A stretch of 62,472 nucleotides of DNA, filler included, from Choristocarpus tenellus KU-1152 (GCA_964200185.2; 9 parts of 9 records of this genome joined end to end with filler, not necessarily neighbours in it), one strand, 5' to 3'; positions 24,953-35,610 are shown, counted from the first letter of the whole stretch. The notes: generated from the letters alone by a model not told the origin. Program-made: numbers and translations.

Positions 24953-26236
24953 TTCCCCTCCCCCCCCCCCCCCCCGCTTATTTTTTTTTGTCCCCTTTTC
25001 CCCCCCCCCCCTCCCCCCCTTCCCCCCCGTGCCCCCCCCCCCCCCCCCCTGTTTGTCCCATTTTTGTCGACCTTCCTGCCAAGCTGACCACTCCCTCCTT
25101 TTTTATGTTCCCTGCACACATGCTGTCTGTTGGGCTTTTCTCTCCTCATCCCCCAGTGGCGCCCAGAAGCCCAAGTTCAGACCTCAGGCTAAAGCAAGGA
25201 AGAAGCAACCCGAGAAGCCGCCTCCTGGAGATGAAGCTGGTTTGTGCTGTGGCAGCTCATTGTTCCTGGTGTTCTTTTAGAGTTTATTTAGGGTTGGTAT
25301 TCGCGACGAAAAGAAGTTTATTTTCATGGTGTTTTCACTATCACTTAACCCCCCCCCCAAAAAAAAAAAAAAAAAAAACCTCCCCCCCCCCCCCCCCCCC
25401 CCCCCCCTCCTTTTTTTTTTCTCTTTTTNNNNNNNNNNAAAAGACGCAATACGATTTTTTGGGTTGCCGGAAGTTCAGCGGTGGGCTCTCCCAACCCCCC
25501 CAAAAAAAAAAAAAAAAAAAAACCCTCCCAACCCACTCCAACCCTCGCTCACACATTAATTCATGCACTGTGTGTAAGAAAATAGTTTCCTCCGAATTTT
25601 ACCTTCTCATCCTCCGGTCCCTACCATTGGTTTTGTTCCTGTGCTTCTCTTGATCATACCCCTTTTCACCCCCTGGTCACTATAGTTTCTTTTGTTCCGA
25701 TCTCCATCGTCATCAATAGGCAGGTGGCCAGTGGATTACCGGGCTGGGGTCTCAGATTACCGGGCGGGGGGCTCGTCGGCAGGAGATTGGGAGGGAGGTC
25801 AAGGTGGTGAGTGATGACGGACATGGAAGGCGGTGGTGGATGGGGTTAGGGTTAGGGGGAGGAGTGTTTCTGTTTTCTTGCATGTTGTGGTGTGTGCAAG
25901 ACGATGACAACGGTATTACGCCCTTCGCATTTTGAGGTATACCTGGAAATAGACGATCTTTAGGGCATGCATCGATCGACTGGAGTGCTCATCGTCAGGC
26001 CGAGATGATTTCTGATGAGTGTGACATCGTGTTTTGGGTGGATGAGTGTGACATCGTGTTTTGGGTGAACGCACCATCAGTTTGGGAGGACTGGGAGAAT
26101 TTCGGGAAGCCTACTATAACCTTGCTTTTTTTTTTTNNNNNNNNNNNNNNNNNNNNNNNNNNNNNNNNNNNNNNNNNNNNTTAATTAATTAANNNNNNNN
26201 NNNNNNNNNNNNNNNNNNNNNNNNNNNNNNNNNNNN

Positions 26237-26402
26237 TATCTGGGGGGGGGGGAGTCTACACCAGGGTGTCCATTCGGGTCCTGACCCGGAGAAGTGATCT
26301 TACATTATCCATCCAACGCATGCAACCAAATCGCCCAAGAATCGCGGCATGGAAAAATGACCCCAAATGGACAGCCGCCACCCTCCCCAGATACTCTGAG
26401 CC
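26237..26402 (-). mobile_element. MITE family B at contig start
   Basis: TATCT-polyG...CCCCAAATGGACAGCCGCC...CCCCAGATACTCTGAGCC. Confidence 0.88.
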
Positions 26403-26461
26403 AGAACAGCTTGTATCCAACCAAGCACTGTTTATCTCCCCTAACCTTCGAAGGTGTCCAC

Positions 26462-26716
26462 GAATCAAAGTAACTTAGAGGGTAGAGCCGCGTCCGTTTG
26501 GCGGCAAAAATCTAATGTTGAAAGTTTGATGTAATTTTGGCGATCATGTTTGTTAGGAAGTGTCAATATCCTTGTTCCTAACACACCCTTTCATAACATA
26601 CACATTTTTCCTACTCAAAACATTTCGGTAGGTTAAATGCCATAAAAACCCGTGGGATTCCAAGTCCCAAATGGACAAACAGGGTAAAACCCTTACCCTC
26701 TGAGATACTTTCTCTC
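26462..26716 (+). mobile_element. MITE family A, diverged full-length copy
   Basis: GAATCAAAGTAACTTAGAGGGTA ... TACCCTCTGAGATACTTTCTCTC; no clean TSD. Confidence 0.85.
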
Positions 26717-27317
26717 TGGAGTCTCAGGAGGTTAATAGACCTGCATTGGTGACTGACAGTAAACGGATTGCTCAAGCTGTTTTGTGAGTGGGATGTGGGA
26801 CTAAGGGTGTATGTGATGGAGCAAGTGATGACCAGCTCAGCATTGGGACCCTATTTGACCTGGTGTACGACTGGATCACCTCTCATGCTGTGCACCACAG
26901 CCTGTCGTAGTGTGTACATGGTGTTGGACAACAGTCCAATCACACCTTGAGTGAGGGGAGGGATGCTACTGTTACAAGTGTGCAGTGTCGTGGGTAAAGC
27001 ACATGTATTGGATAAAGAAGTCGAATAGTATATTTGGTGATTGATTGAATGATTTTGATTAATGTCATCCTGCAATAGAATTTTGTCTCCAAGCTTGCAC
27101 TTCAGTTCAGTGACCGTTGATACATATTTGTTGGTTTTGTCGTGTGCAAGTAAGTGGTCGTTTACTTTGGCACGTTTATTGATAGTGCTTATTTTTGTGG
27201 TTTGCGCACTTCTTTTCTGATACTACAGAAAAAATGACAAGCAAATAAACCGTTACCGTATCAAATGTTGAGAATGGCATGAATATAAACATAAACGATT
27301 GTATAATGTCAATAATA

Positions 27318-27658
27318 CAATTAAAACAGCTTTTGCTTGAATGACATCTCCCTTAGACATATAATATAAAACCTCCTTTTCTCCAATCAAGGAATGTTAC
27401 TTTTCTTGATATTAAGTACATCTGGTCAAATGGTTTTGCTTGTTTTAATAGACTATTAACAAGATCTCCGGCTAAAATTTCTGGGTGGGCAGATATGTCA
27501 TATATTGGCTTGTCAGATTAAAGAGCGCTACATTGTCCTCCTCCTGGAATATCAAGTGCATCTATAATGCAGCTCTTCATACCAAGCATTCCTGCTTGAA
27601 ATGCACCAAAAATACCAATCGGTCCTGATCCAATAATAGCAATATCTGTTTGCTGCAT
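27318..27658 (-). pseudogene. Bacterial TrxB-type ferredoxin-NADP+ reductase (YumC-like) N-terminal fragment, alphaproteobacterial / Rickettsiales-like
   Basis: Hand translation from ATG 27658: [76 protein letters not shown]...(frameshift)SKGDVIQAKAVLI. Contains GxGxxG and the GGQCxxLYPEKPIYDI motif with Tyr replaced by TAA (27520-27518). Intron-less, AT-rich, absent from the ORF track. Confidence 0.88.
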
Positions 27659-28115
27659 TTAACCATGAACAGAAAAAAAAGAGGATCACTATCAGCTACA
27701 TAATATCGAAATGAAAGATGAAATGGCGCTAAAAGTGATTCTAGACCACTAAAAAACAATTTATTTAATTAATATTAAATTTTACACTTACCAACAGAAA
27801 CAATGGGGTGTAATAAAGTTATGATCGTGTTTCAATGTTATGTTTTTGCAGTACTAGACTCGTGTCTAGTACCATTGAAATTGTTAGTAGGTAGTCTTTA
27901 CTAGCTAGGAGCTGGTTAAAAATAGACAGAAACACATGAAAGCAAATTAAAAATAAGTGGTTATATTAATACGAAGGACTAGGGATAGAGATCCAAAATG
28001 TCAGAGGGCATAATAATAAAATAGAGATCCTAAGTTGAAATTATCTGTATAATCTATTATATTCGTATTTAGATATCAGATTTTTTAAATTGAAATTGAA
28101 TTGTTGCTAACTCTA

Positions 28116-28250
28116 GAGGATTATAACGACTATGAAAACAAAAAAAGGTACTAAAGGCAAAGCTAAGCGCATAGCTAAAAAATATTGTGTTCTTGCTGGT
28201 ACGTAGGTATTAGGTATATCATCTTTTAAATCAGTTGCTGCTGAATTTTA
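28116..28250 (+). pseudogene. Bacterial-type exported-protein N-terminus with Shine-Dalgarno site, interrupted by stops
   Basis: GAGGA at 28116-28120, ATG at 28132: MKTKKGTKGKAKRIAKKYCVLAGT*VLGISSFKSVAAEF*. Basic n-region, hydrophobic stretch, VAA cleavage-like site. Confidence 0.45.
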
Positions 28251-28327
28251 GGAATGTTAATATATTCATTAACTAATGATGAGCTTCTGAAAGAAAATGA
28301 ATCTAATTTAATAATATGAGGCTCATA

Positions 28328-28735
28328 TTATACATTGTAACTTTTTATGAACTGTTTTATCTTTTTAAGTTCAATTACATGATTTTCAGCACAATCAAAG
28401 CCAAGAGCATAAATTTCGTATCCTTCACTATCTATCGTGGCAAGAGGAGCTTTGAGGGTAACCAGTTCATATATTTTTTCTGGTATATCCTGCTTAGATA
28501 TATCCAATGCTAATACAGATACCTCTACACCTTTAGCTTTAAAAGGCTGTATAATAGATTTTGCATTTTCCGATACCGCTCCACGTCTACTTACTTGTAT
28601 TAAATATTTAGCACCTCGTTCCACTAATAACTTAGATAACTGCATTCCAAGCGCACCAAAAGCACCGGTTAAAGGGTATGTCGAATTTGAAATAACCTGG
28701 TATGATGCAAAGTTTGGTACGGTAAAATTATATTT
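28328..28735 (-). pseudogene. Type I polyketide synthase ketoreductase (KR) domain fragment, truncated and fused to unrelated sequence
   Basis: STYPLTGAFGALGMQLSKLLVERGAKYLIQVSRRGAVSENAKSIIQPFKAKGVEVSVLALDIS matches the KR consensus TYLITGGxGxLG..A.WL.ERGA..L.L.SR....G.EV....D. The downstream H-A-A-G motif and catalytic Tyr are missing. Confidence 0.85.
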
Positions 28736-29487
28736 TTATTATTATGCCCTCTGACATTTTGCAGATGTGTCAGGGGGAAACCANNNNNNNNNNCATATGT
28801 GTATATAAAATGTCCTAAACATAAGAATACTATAAGACAATGCGTGGAAACCACTAATCAGTTACATAATTATATTGTAAACGAGCAATATAACGCTGCC
28901 CATCTTGATATGCAAGTTGGTTTACAGTATCTTAAACAATAAACTGTGATTTCCAGTACAGTCCCTGGTACAGTTCAGACTTGGTGTACATTTTAGAGAG
29001 AAGAAACGAGGCCCAATAGTAGGAATTGAGGCCAAGTTGATTTTACGTACCTTATAAATGTAGACAATCTTATGGAGTAATGTATGTATATGGTTTTGTT
29101 GCTGTGGGTCCATCATCGAGGACCTTGCTTAATCAGGTGTAGGAAGTTAAGTATATTTCAAATACTTCCAAGTGCTTGACAATATCGATATATCAATACT
29201 CAGTATTTTATTGAAGAAGCAATGATCTTGTCCATACCTCTTCTTTGTGGTGGAATTAGTAGATCGTACTATATCGTAAGTCCTCAGAAATGCATCAATG
29301 GATGTTTGTGACAAGATCATCTCAACATCCTCTGTACTCTCCACCACGGCGATCAACCTTGCTCATAGCCAACTGAATTGTCATCTTGAAAACTGAAAAA
29401 GAGTGTAAGTACATGGCTTGGACATGGACGGTTCCTGATTCAGTATCACTCACTATATACCACACCAGCAGCAGGCAATTAATGAAA

Positions 29488-29522
29488 GACCCAAAGTATC
29501 TGAGAGGGGGGGGGGGCTCTAC
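29488..29522 (-). mobile_element. MITE family B end at contig end
   Basis: GACCCAAAGTATCTGAGA-polyG-CTCTAC. Confidence 0.75.
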
Positions 29523-29637
29523 NNNNNNNNNNNNNNNNNNNNNNNNNNNNNNNNNNNNNNNNNNNNTTAATTAATTAANNNNNNNNNNNNNNNNNNNNNN
29601 NNNNNNNNNNNNNNNNNNNNNNGTGAATAACAAACTT

Positions 29638-29809
29638 GACCCAATTAATCTTGGGGTGGGGGGGAGGTCTACACCAGGGTGTCAATTTGGAGGAAACGTC
29701 CATTTACATTATATCCATCTGACATATGCAACCAAATCACCAAAAAAATATCGACATTAAATAATTGACCCCAAATGGACAGCCGCCACCCCCCCAGGTA
29801 CTTTGAGCC
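29638..29809 (-). mobile_element. MITE family B, full length
   Basis: GACCCAATTAATCTTGGGG ... CCCCAGGTACTTTGAGCC; TSD ACTT (29634-29637 / 29810-29813). Confidence 0.9.
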
Positions 29810-31199
29810 ACTTCGGGTTTTTTACAAATGCGAATAGGATATTTTCCGGATTGTATCGAAAGGTTTCTAACAATAGAGAAACCAGCCCCCTCAAGTGAGA
29901 CTTACTACTTCATCCATAGAAATATGGGTGAATCACAAAAGATTGAAAAACTGGATAATAATGAAAATTGGCAAAAAAAGTGGGCAACTCTTGTTTACTT
30001 TGGCTCAGTATCAAAGCAACGGTGCCCCAGGGGATGCTTCTATGTACTGGGTCAGTTCCTCGAATGGGGGATGAACCACTTCCTCTGAAAGTGTTGGTCT
30101 TTGCGGAGCTTACAGTTGTAAAACGGTAGCAAGTTGAACAGGAGAAGAACAGGGGGTATGCCTCCAAAAGGACCTTGATTTGTTTGGGGTTGGAGTTAAG
30201 GGATGGTGCACTCGAGGGCTACAAACTAACAAGAGTGATATGTGTGTGTGGCTGACAGACCAACAAGTTTCATGGTCATTCCAAGGAAGTTGTGATAGAT
30301 ACTATTGTACGTCACACGAAAGCAGCACCACCTAAGGTCACCGAAGCTACCACCACCATCAAAATCTCTCTCCTGAACCCTGTTTTCTTTTTTGGCTCAT
30401 TTCTCTTGCATCCTCGGTTCGTTTTCTTTCTTCTCTTCTCCTTAATTTTTTTATTATTTTTTTGTCTCGAGAAGGTTCAATTCTTCTTCTTTTCTTCTCT
30501 TTTTTTTTTTCTTCCACTGCTTTGTTTTGTTTTCTCATTCTTATTGGGTTTTTCAAACAGTGCGTATTGTCTTCTTTGGATAATCTTTTCGAACAAAGGT
30601 CCAGGATCTCTCACACATATGTGAGGAAAAAAATAATAATGCTGGCGCTTTTCTGTTTAAATTCCTTGAACCTCCCATATGATAAGCAATTCTCAGTTTT
30701 ACGCACCTACCTGCTGTTACTTGGAGTACGTACAAATTTTGATCTCCAAACTTGGGAGGGATTTTGCTTCTCATTTTTTTTGTTCTACGAAGCATCAAAG
30801 AGTAGTTTGATAATTATATGAAGAGTTGTAGAAGACAGTGATTGTGTTGAGTACTCCACACTTTTTCTTTCTTGTTGAAATCCAGTAATGCGAAATGCGT
30901 TTGATCCAAGAAATTTAGATACCTTTTTTTGTCGAAAAACGGTCTTATAGCTACTACTATTAATACTCTAGTTTACATACAGTCCTTGGTTTTTGGTTGT
31001 TCTTTGATACAAATACGATAAATAATATTATTTGTGGGTGTATTGGTGTCTGAGTCCTCGCATGTCGCTTAACAGTACCACTACTACTCCCTCTGCATAA
31101 ACACGTACAAATACTTGTGGGCACGACTCATTCTCTGCGAAACGCGTACAAATATTTGTCCGTATCGCTCTCCTATCTGTGAATCATGCAGAAATCGTC

Positions 31200-32500
31200 C
31201 CGTGGTCGGGGCATTAGACCTGATGGTTGTCATAGGAGTTGAGTTCGAGAAGGGCAGGGCAAATGAGGAGATGCCCGAGCAGGGATGCCAGGGTGATTGG
31301 AGGGGCTTAGTTGACGTAGTTCACGGAGTTTGGCTCGAGTGTATGTGTGAGTGGGGAGTGGTTTTGGTTGGTATGTGAAGGGAATGGTGGTTGGGGTGCT
31401 TTGAGTAGAGACTTAAGGTAAGGTTGAGTAGCTCTGAGTAAAGGCTCAAGGTATGGTTAGGTTGGGCTGAGTAGAGGCTTGAGGTATGGTTGAAGTGAAG
31501 GTGGGGAGACGGGATGGGTGAAGGAGGATGGGTGGGGATGTGGTCATGTGTTGGGGGGTGGGATGCATTGGAGGGGCTGTGGATGAGTCAGCCGCAAGAA
31601 GCTTCTGAGTGGGTGGAATGGATGGTGGAAGTGTGGGTGGATAGGGTGGCATGGTAAGGGCAAGTCGGGGTGGGGGGGTCTTGAGCAGGTTCAGTTGTGG
31701 GTAGGTTGGGTTGATACTAGTAGTGACAATGGTGTGGCTGAGGTCGGTGTATTTTTGGTAGGTCGGTGGTGTAAAGTGTGAGGAAGGTTGGTAAGGTGAG
31801 TGGGGTTGGCAATGGCATCAGACCATAGCACGTTTGGGAATATCGGTGGCGTTTAGAATGGAAAATGTTGGAAAGGTGGGTGGGGGTGGCAATGGTTGCA
31901 GACCAGAGGATTTGGGGATGTCGGTGATGTTTAGGATGTGCAAGGTTGAGATCCTGGCACCAACGGTCGGGAGGAGTAGAGGTAACGCTGGATGTGGTGA
32001 CTGTGTTGGTGGTGAAGGTGGGAGTTACAGGGGGCAGTTGGAAGTGTATTATGTGGGTACGATGGAGCGGGAGTGTTATGGCAATGGGGGAATTGGCGCG
32101 GATAAATACCAGGCTGGTGGCAGTGGTGGTAAGACGATCTTGGACACAGTGGAAGCATACTTGGCTCGGGAAAATGTTGTCTGGGGAGGAAAGGCGTTTG
32201 CAAGCGGAAATTGTTGATGGTCTCACCAAATCCTTTCAAGTTCAATCTTGCCCCAGTAGAGTCGAAGGAGCCACTAGTCAGGATCATTGCCAGGTTCCAT
32301 CATGCGATGTTCCAACCGATGGTGGACAGCGTGCATCCCTTGTTCAGTGACCGCCTCATACTTGGTGGTCAGGGCATGCCAAGCAGAGAAGCTATTGTCG
32401 AGGTTGTTGTCACCGTGCTGCTGTTGTCCATGTAGAAGTGTTACAGCGTGCCCCTCAGAACTCACCTCCACAGGATGTACAACTCAATCCAACGACCTTA
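31200..32500 (-). mobile_element. Degenerate Ty1/Copia gag(-pol) relic
   Basis: SAWHALTTKYEAVTEQ...RLEHRMMEPGNDPD*WLLRL / LKGFGETINN resembles the Copia gag (UBN2-like) domain; many stops and frameshifts; boundaries approximate. Confidence 0.55.
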
Positions 32501-33238
32501 TAACGACGCTATGGGGGCATTGCCCTTGATAACAGTTTATAGGGTGTCAGGTATCCTTCTCTTCTTGATATTCCACTCAGTGCTTAGCTCAAAGCTCGAC
32601 TCAAAGTTTCGTTCAAGATAGGACTGGAGGCAAAAAGGGGTGTTGGTGTGACCAAAAACCCTCTTATTATTTTCATCATCCACCCAATTTCTTTGGTCTT
32701 CTATGCAACTGCTCTACACGTACTCCAATCATACACCTTTATTCTGCAACTTCTGAGGGACTCTGACAAATGTTACGTATGCATTCCGAATCTTACTCTG
32801 TATCTTCTATGAATTCATCATTTATTCTGTAAGGCTACCTATTGTGTTACTAATACCGTATATTGTTTGCACTTGTTAGAACGCAGGAAACAATTGTTCG
32901 TGTTTGCTAAAACATAGGAAGAAATGGTCGCGCTATTCACGTGTAACAAATGCTCGAACTTAGTTGGAACACAAGAAGAAATGCTCGCGCTATTCACCTG
33001 TAACAGAAGGTGTTAATACATAGGCTACTCATTTGGTTTGTCTCCATACGGATAAAGTATCGTCAGTTCATACTGAATGTTGATTTGTACATTGTACTGG
33101 TCGTTATTTTCACTTCCCACATTAGCTCATCATCACAACAACATCGATTACCTTTAGAACATCACAGTACATAGGAAGCATAAGAACAGTCGCTTCCTAT
33201 CATACATATACAGGCATAATATATGCCACATCAATTCC

Positions 33239-33418
33239 GGTTCAAATTATCTGGGGGGGTGTGGCGGCTGTCCATTTGGGGTCAATTTTTTCATGTCGCG
33301 ATTTTTGGATGATTTGGTGGCATAACGTCTGATGGATAATGTAAGCGCACCTTTTCTGGTTTTGGTCCAAATCGACACCCTGGTGTAGACAGCCCCCCCC
33401 CCACAGATACTTTGTGTC
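33239..33418 (+). mobile_element. MITE family B nested in solo LTR
   Basis: TSD TTCC on both sides; empty site visible in the paralogous LTR near 35275-35290. Confidence 0.92.
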
Positions 33419-33812
33419 TTCCCTCAGATTCGATTCAAGTCTGTCTTCTTGTTTTTTCTTTGTTTTTCCCTCTCTTCTTCTTCACTCGAGAAGTAATCAG
33501 TTGTATATCATGTGTTGATTATTATTTTTCTTGGCTTGCATTGCCCCCTCATAAGACATCAACATCACTCTGTACTAAGTGTACCTGATACACACCTGGA
33601 TGCAATATACTCAGAGTTAAAATATCCTCAGAAACCTTTGTCCGTCAAGGTAACAAGCCTCTTCAGAGAGCATGCATTTCTTCATTTGAGCGCCTCAATG
33701 AATACCCACACTTTCACATTAACCATCATCTGATTGAGTAAAAGTATGTCGTCAGATCTACTAGAACAAACTTACCGGTGCTTTGTTGCACTGTAACACC
33801 TATTCGCCATAA

Positions 33813-34069
33813 GACCCAAAGTAAATTAGAGGGTATGGCCGCGTCCATTTGGGGGCCAAAATGCAATGTTGCGAATTTGATGTAATTTTGGCTATCGTGT
33901 TTGTTAGGAAGTTTCAATATCCTTGTTCTGGACACACCTTTTTGTAATGTATACATTTTACCTAGTCCGAAACATTTTGGGGTAGTAAAATGTAACAAAA
34001 AACTCTTAGGAAGCCAAGCCCCAAATGGACAAACAGGGCAAACTAGTACCCGCTAAGAATCTTTCACTC
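33813..34069 (+). mobile_element. MITE family A nested in solo LTR
   Basis: TSD ATAA/ACAA; the paralogous LTR near 34995-35005 has a single ACAA. Confidence 0.9.
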
Positions 34070-34129
34070 ACAAGCTAGACACATCCACAAGAAAGCACGA
34101 TCCATTCGAATTCAGGTTTCAACAGAAGG

Positions 34130-34710
34130 TCTTCAGGTGGCAAGGAGTGCCGAACAGCTGGTCGTAGCGTTCCTCGAAGGTAGATGTGGACGTGGTGGTG
34201 GGAATTGTGGTGGCAGATGGAGGGGGAGCGGCTCTCAACCAGGATGTAGTGAGCCCGAGGCGCCACGGAGCTCAAGATTCCCACCACCAAGGTCATTATT
34301 AATTTGTTCCATGAGGAGTCATCACCGGAGAATATAAGGGGCTTCAATGTGCGTGGCATGGTACTGGAGTAGTGTTATCTTGATTGGTGAAGGTGGGAGA
34401 ACGATGGTAGGAAGTGCAAGACCAGTTCGTGTTTGTCGTTCAGGTGTTGAGGCTCATAAACTGTTGAAACCTGGGATTGAGTGAATCGTGCTCTTGTACG
34501 ATGGCAGGTTGGTTGTGGCGAAGGGACAGTGAAATGAAGCACCAGTGAAGTCATGCTGATGAACGTAGTGACATGATGTGCGTAGTTAAAGGTTATTTCG
34601 TAAGATGTTGCGGGTGTTCCTTGAAATGCTCAAAGGAAGAAGTACATGCTCTGAGTAGAAGCTTGGCACTTTGTGAAAAGGGTTTGTGAGGATGTTTTAA
34701 CTCTGAATAT
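34130..34710 (-). mobile_element. Copia 5' LTR end + primer-binding site + decayed gag start
   Basis: Minus strand reads ...CAGGTTTCAACA (ends 34462), then GTTTATGAGCC (close to the GGTTATG(G/A)GCC PBS of Copia elements), then MPRTLKPLIFSGDDSSWNK. Confidence 0.65.
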
Positions 34711-34894
34711 ATGACATTCTGTTGTCCCGCCTACTACAAATAGTCTCTGTTGCAACGCAGGTGGCCCTGTCTAGACGTGTCATGCATTTCAAGCTTAGGA
34801 CACCAGGGAAATGGGCAAGGAGGGGCTTGTTAGATTCTTGGGATTCTTCTCTAGCTCCTCGCCCTGAGGTGCAGGAATAAGTTAGGCACAACCA

Positions 34895-35502
34895 AACACA
34901 CTTTCACATCAATCGCTGTCTGATTGAGTAAAACTTGTCATCAGTCCTACCAGAACAAATTCAACGGTGCTTTGTTGCACTATGATACCCATCACCACAA
35001 ACTATACACAGCACAACAATGCAAAACACATACGAACTCAGGTTTCAACATTGTGCTTGAGAAGGGTTTCTGGGGATGTTTTTAACTCTGATTGTATTAC
35101 ATACCGGTGTGTATCAGGTACACGTAGTGCAGAGTGAGCAGGGTGAATTATGAGGGGCCAATGCCAGTCAAGAAAAATAATAAACACATGGTATGTAGCT
35201 GACAACTTCTTGTTTTAAGAAGAAGAAAGGGAAAAGCAAAGAAGAAACAAGAAGACAAACTTGAACCAATACCTGAGGGAAGTGATGTGACACATGGTAT
35301 GCCTGTATGTGTGATAGGCAGAGACTGTTCTTATGCTTCCTAAGAAAAGTCGTGTTTTGAAGGTAATTGATGATGTTTTGATGAGAAGGTAACGAAGTAA
35401 GTGAAATAACAACTATTACAATGGAAAAATCAACTTTAAGTATGGGCTGACGATACTGTATCATATCAAAACAAAATGAAATAAGTAGCCTATGTTTTAA
35501 CA
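34895..35502. mobile_element. Rearranged LTR copy: 5' part on minus strand (35502-35051), 3' part on plus strand (about 34895-35050)
   Basis: Minus strand begins TGTTAAAACATAGGCTAC (cf. 33011 TGTTAATACATAGGCTAC); the plus-strand part ends GGTTTCAACA at 35050. Confidence 0.75.
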
Positions 35503-35610
35503 TATTTGCCCTGTTTGTCCGTTCGGTGCTTTGACTTCCCACGGGATATTTATGCCATTTTTCGATATTCATTGTGAACACAGTTATTTAAAATGTATAC
35601 GACAATGAAA

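Larger units (their letters stand above)
33011..34124 (+). mobile_element. Solo LTR (Copia-type) carrying two nested MITEs
   Basis: TGTT...AACA ends; perfect 5-bp TSD GAAGG (33006-33010 / 34125-34129); homologous LTR copies at 34462-34710 and 34895-35502. Confidence 0.85.

Noticed and set aside
24787-25653. Pro/Gly-rich ORFs (extensin or formin-like)
   Set aside because: Low-quality homopolymer sequence next to gaps; only a short possible exon (about 25156-25240) is plausible and it cannot be assigned.
26011-26068. Short direct repeat GATGAGTGTGACATCGTGTTTTGGGTG x2 as a CRISPR-like repeat
   Set aside because: Two adjacent copies with no spacer; a simple tandem duplication.
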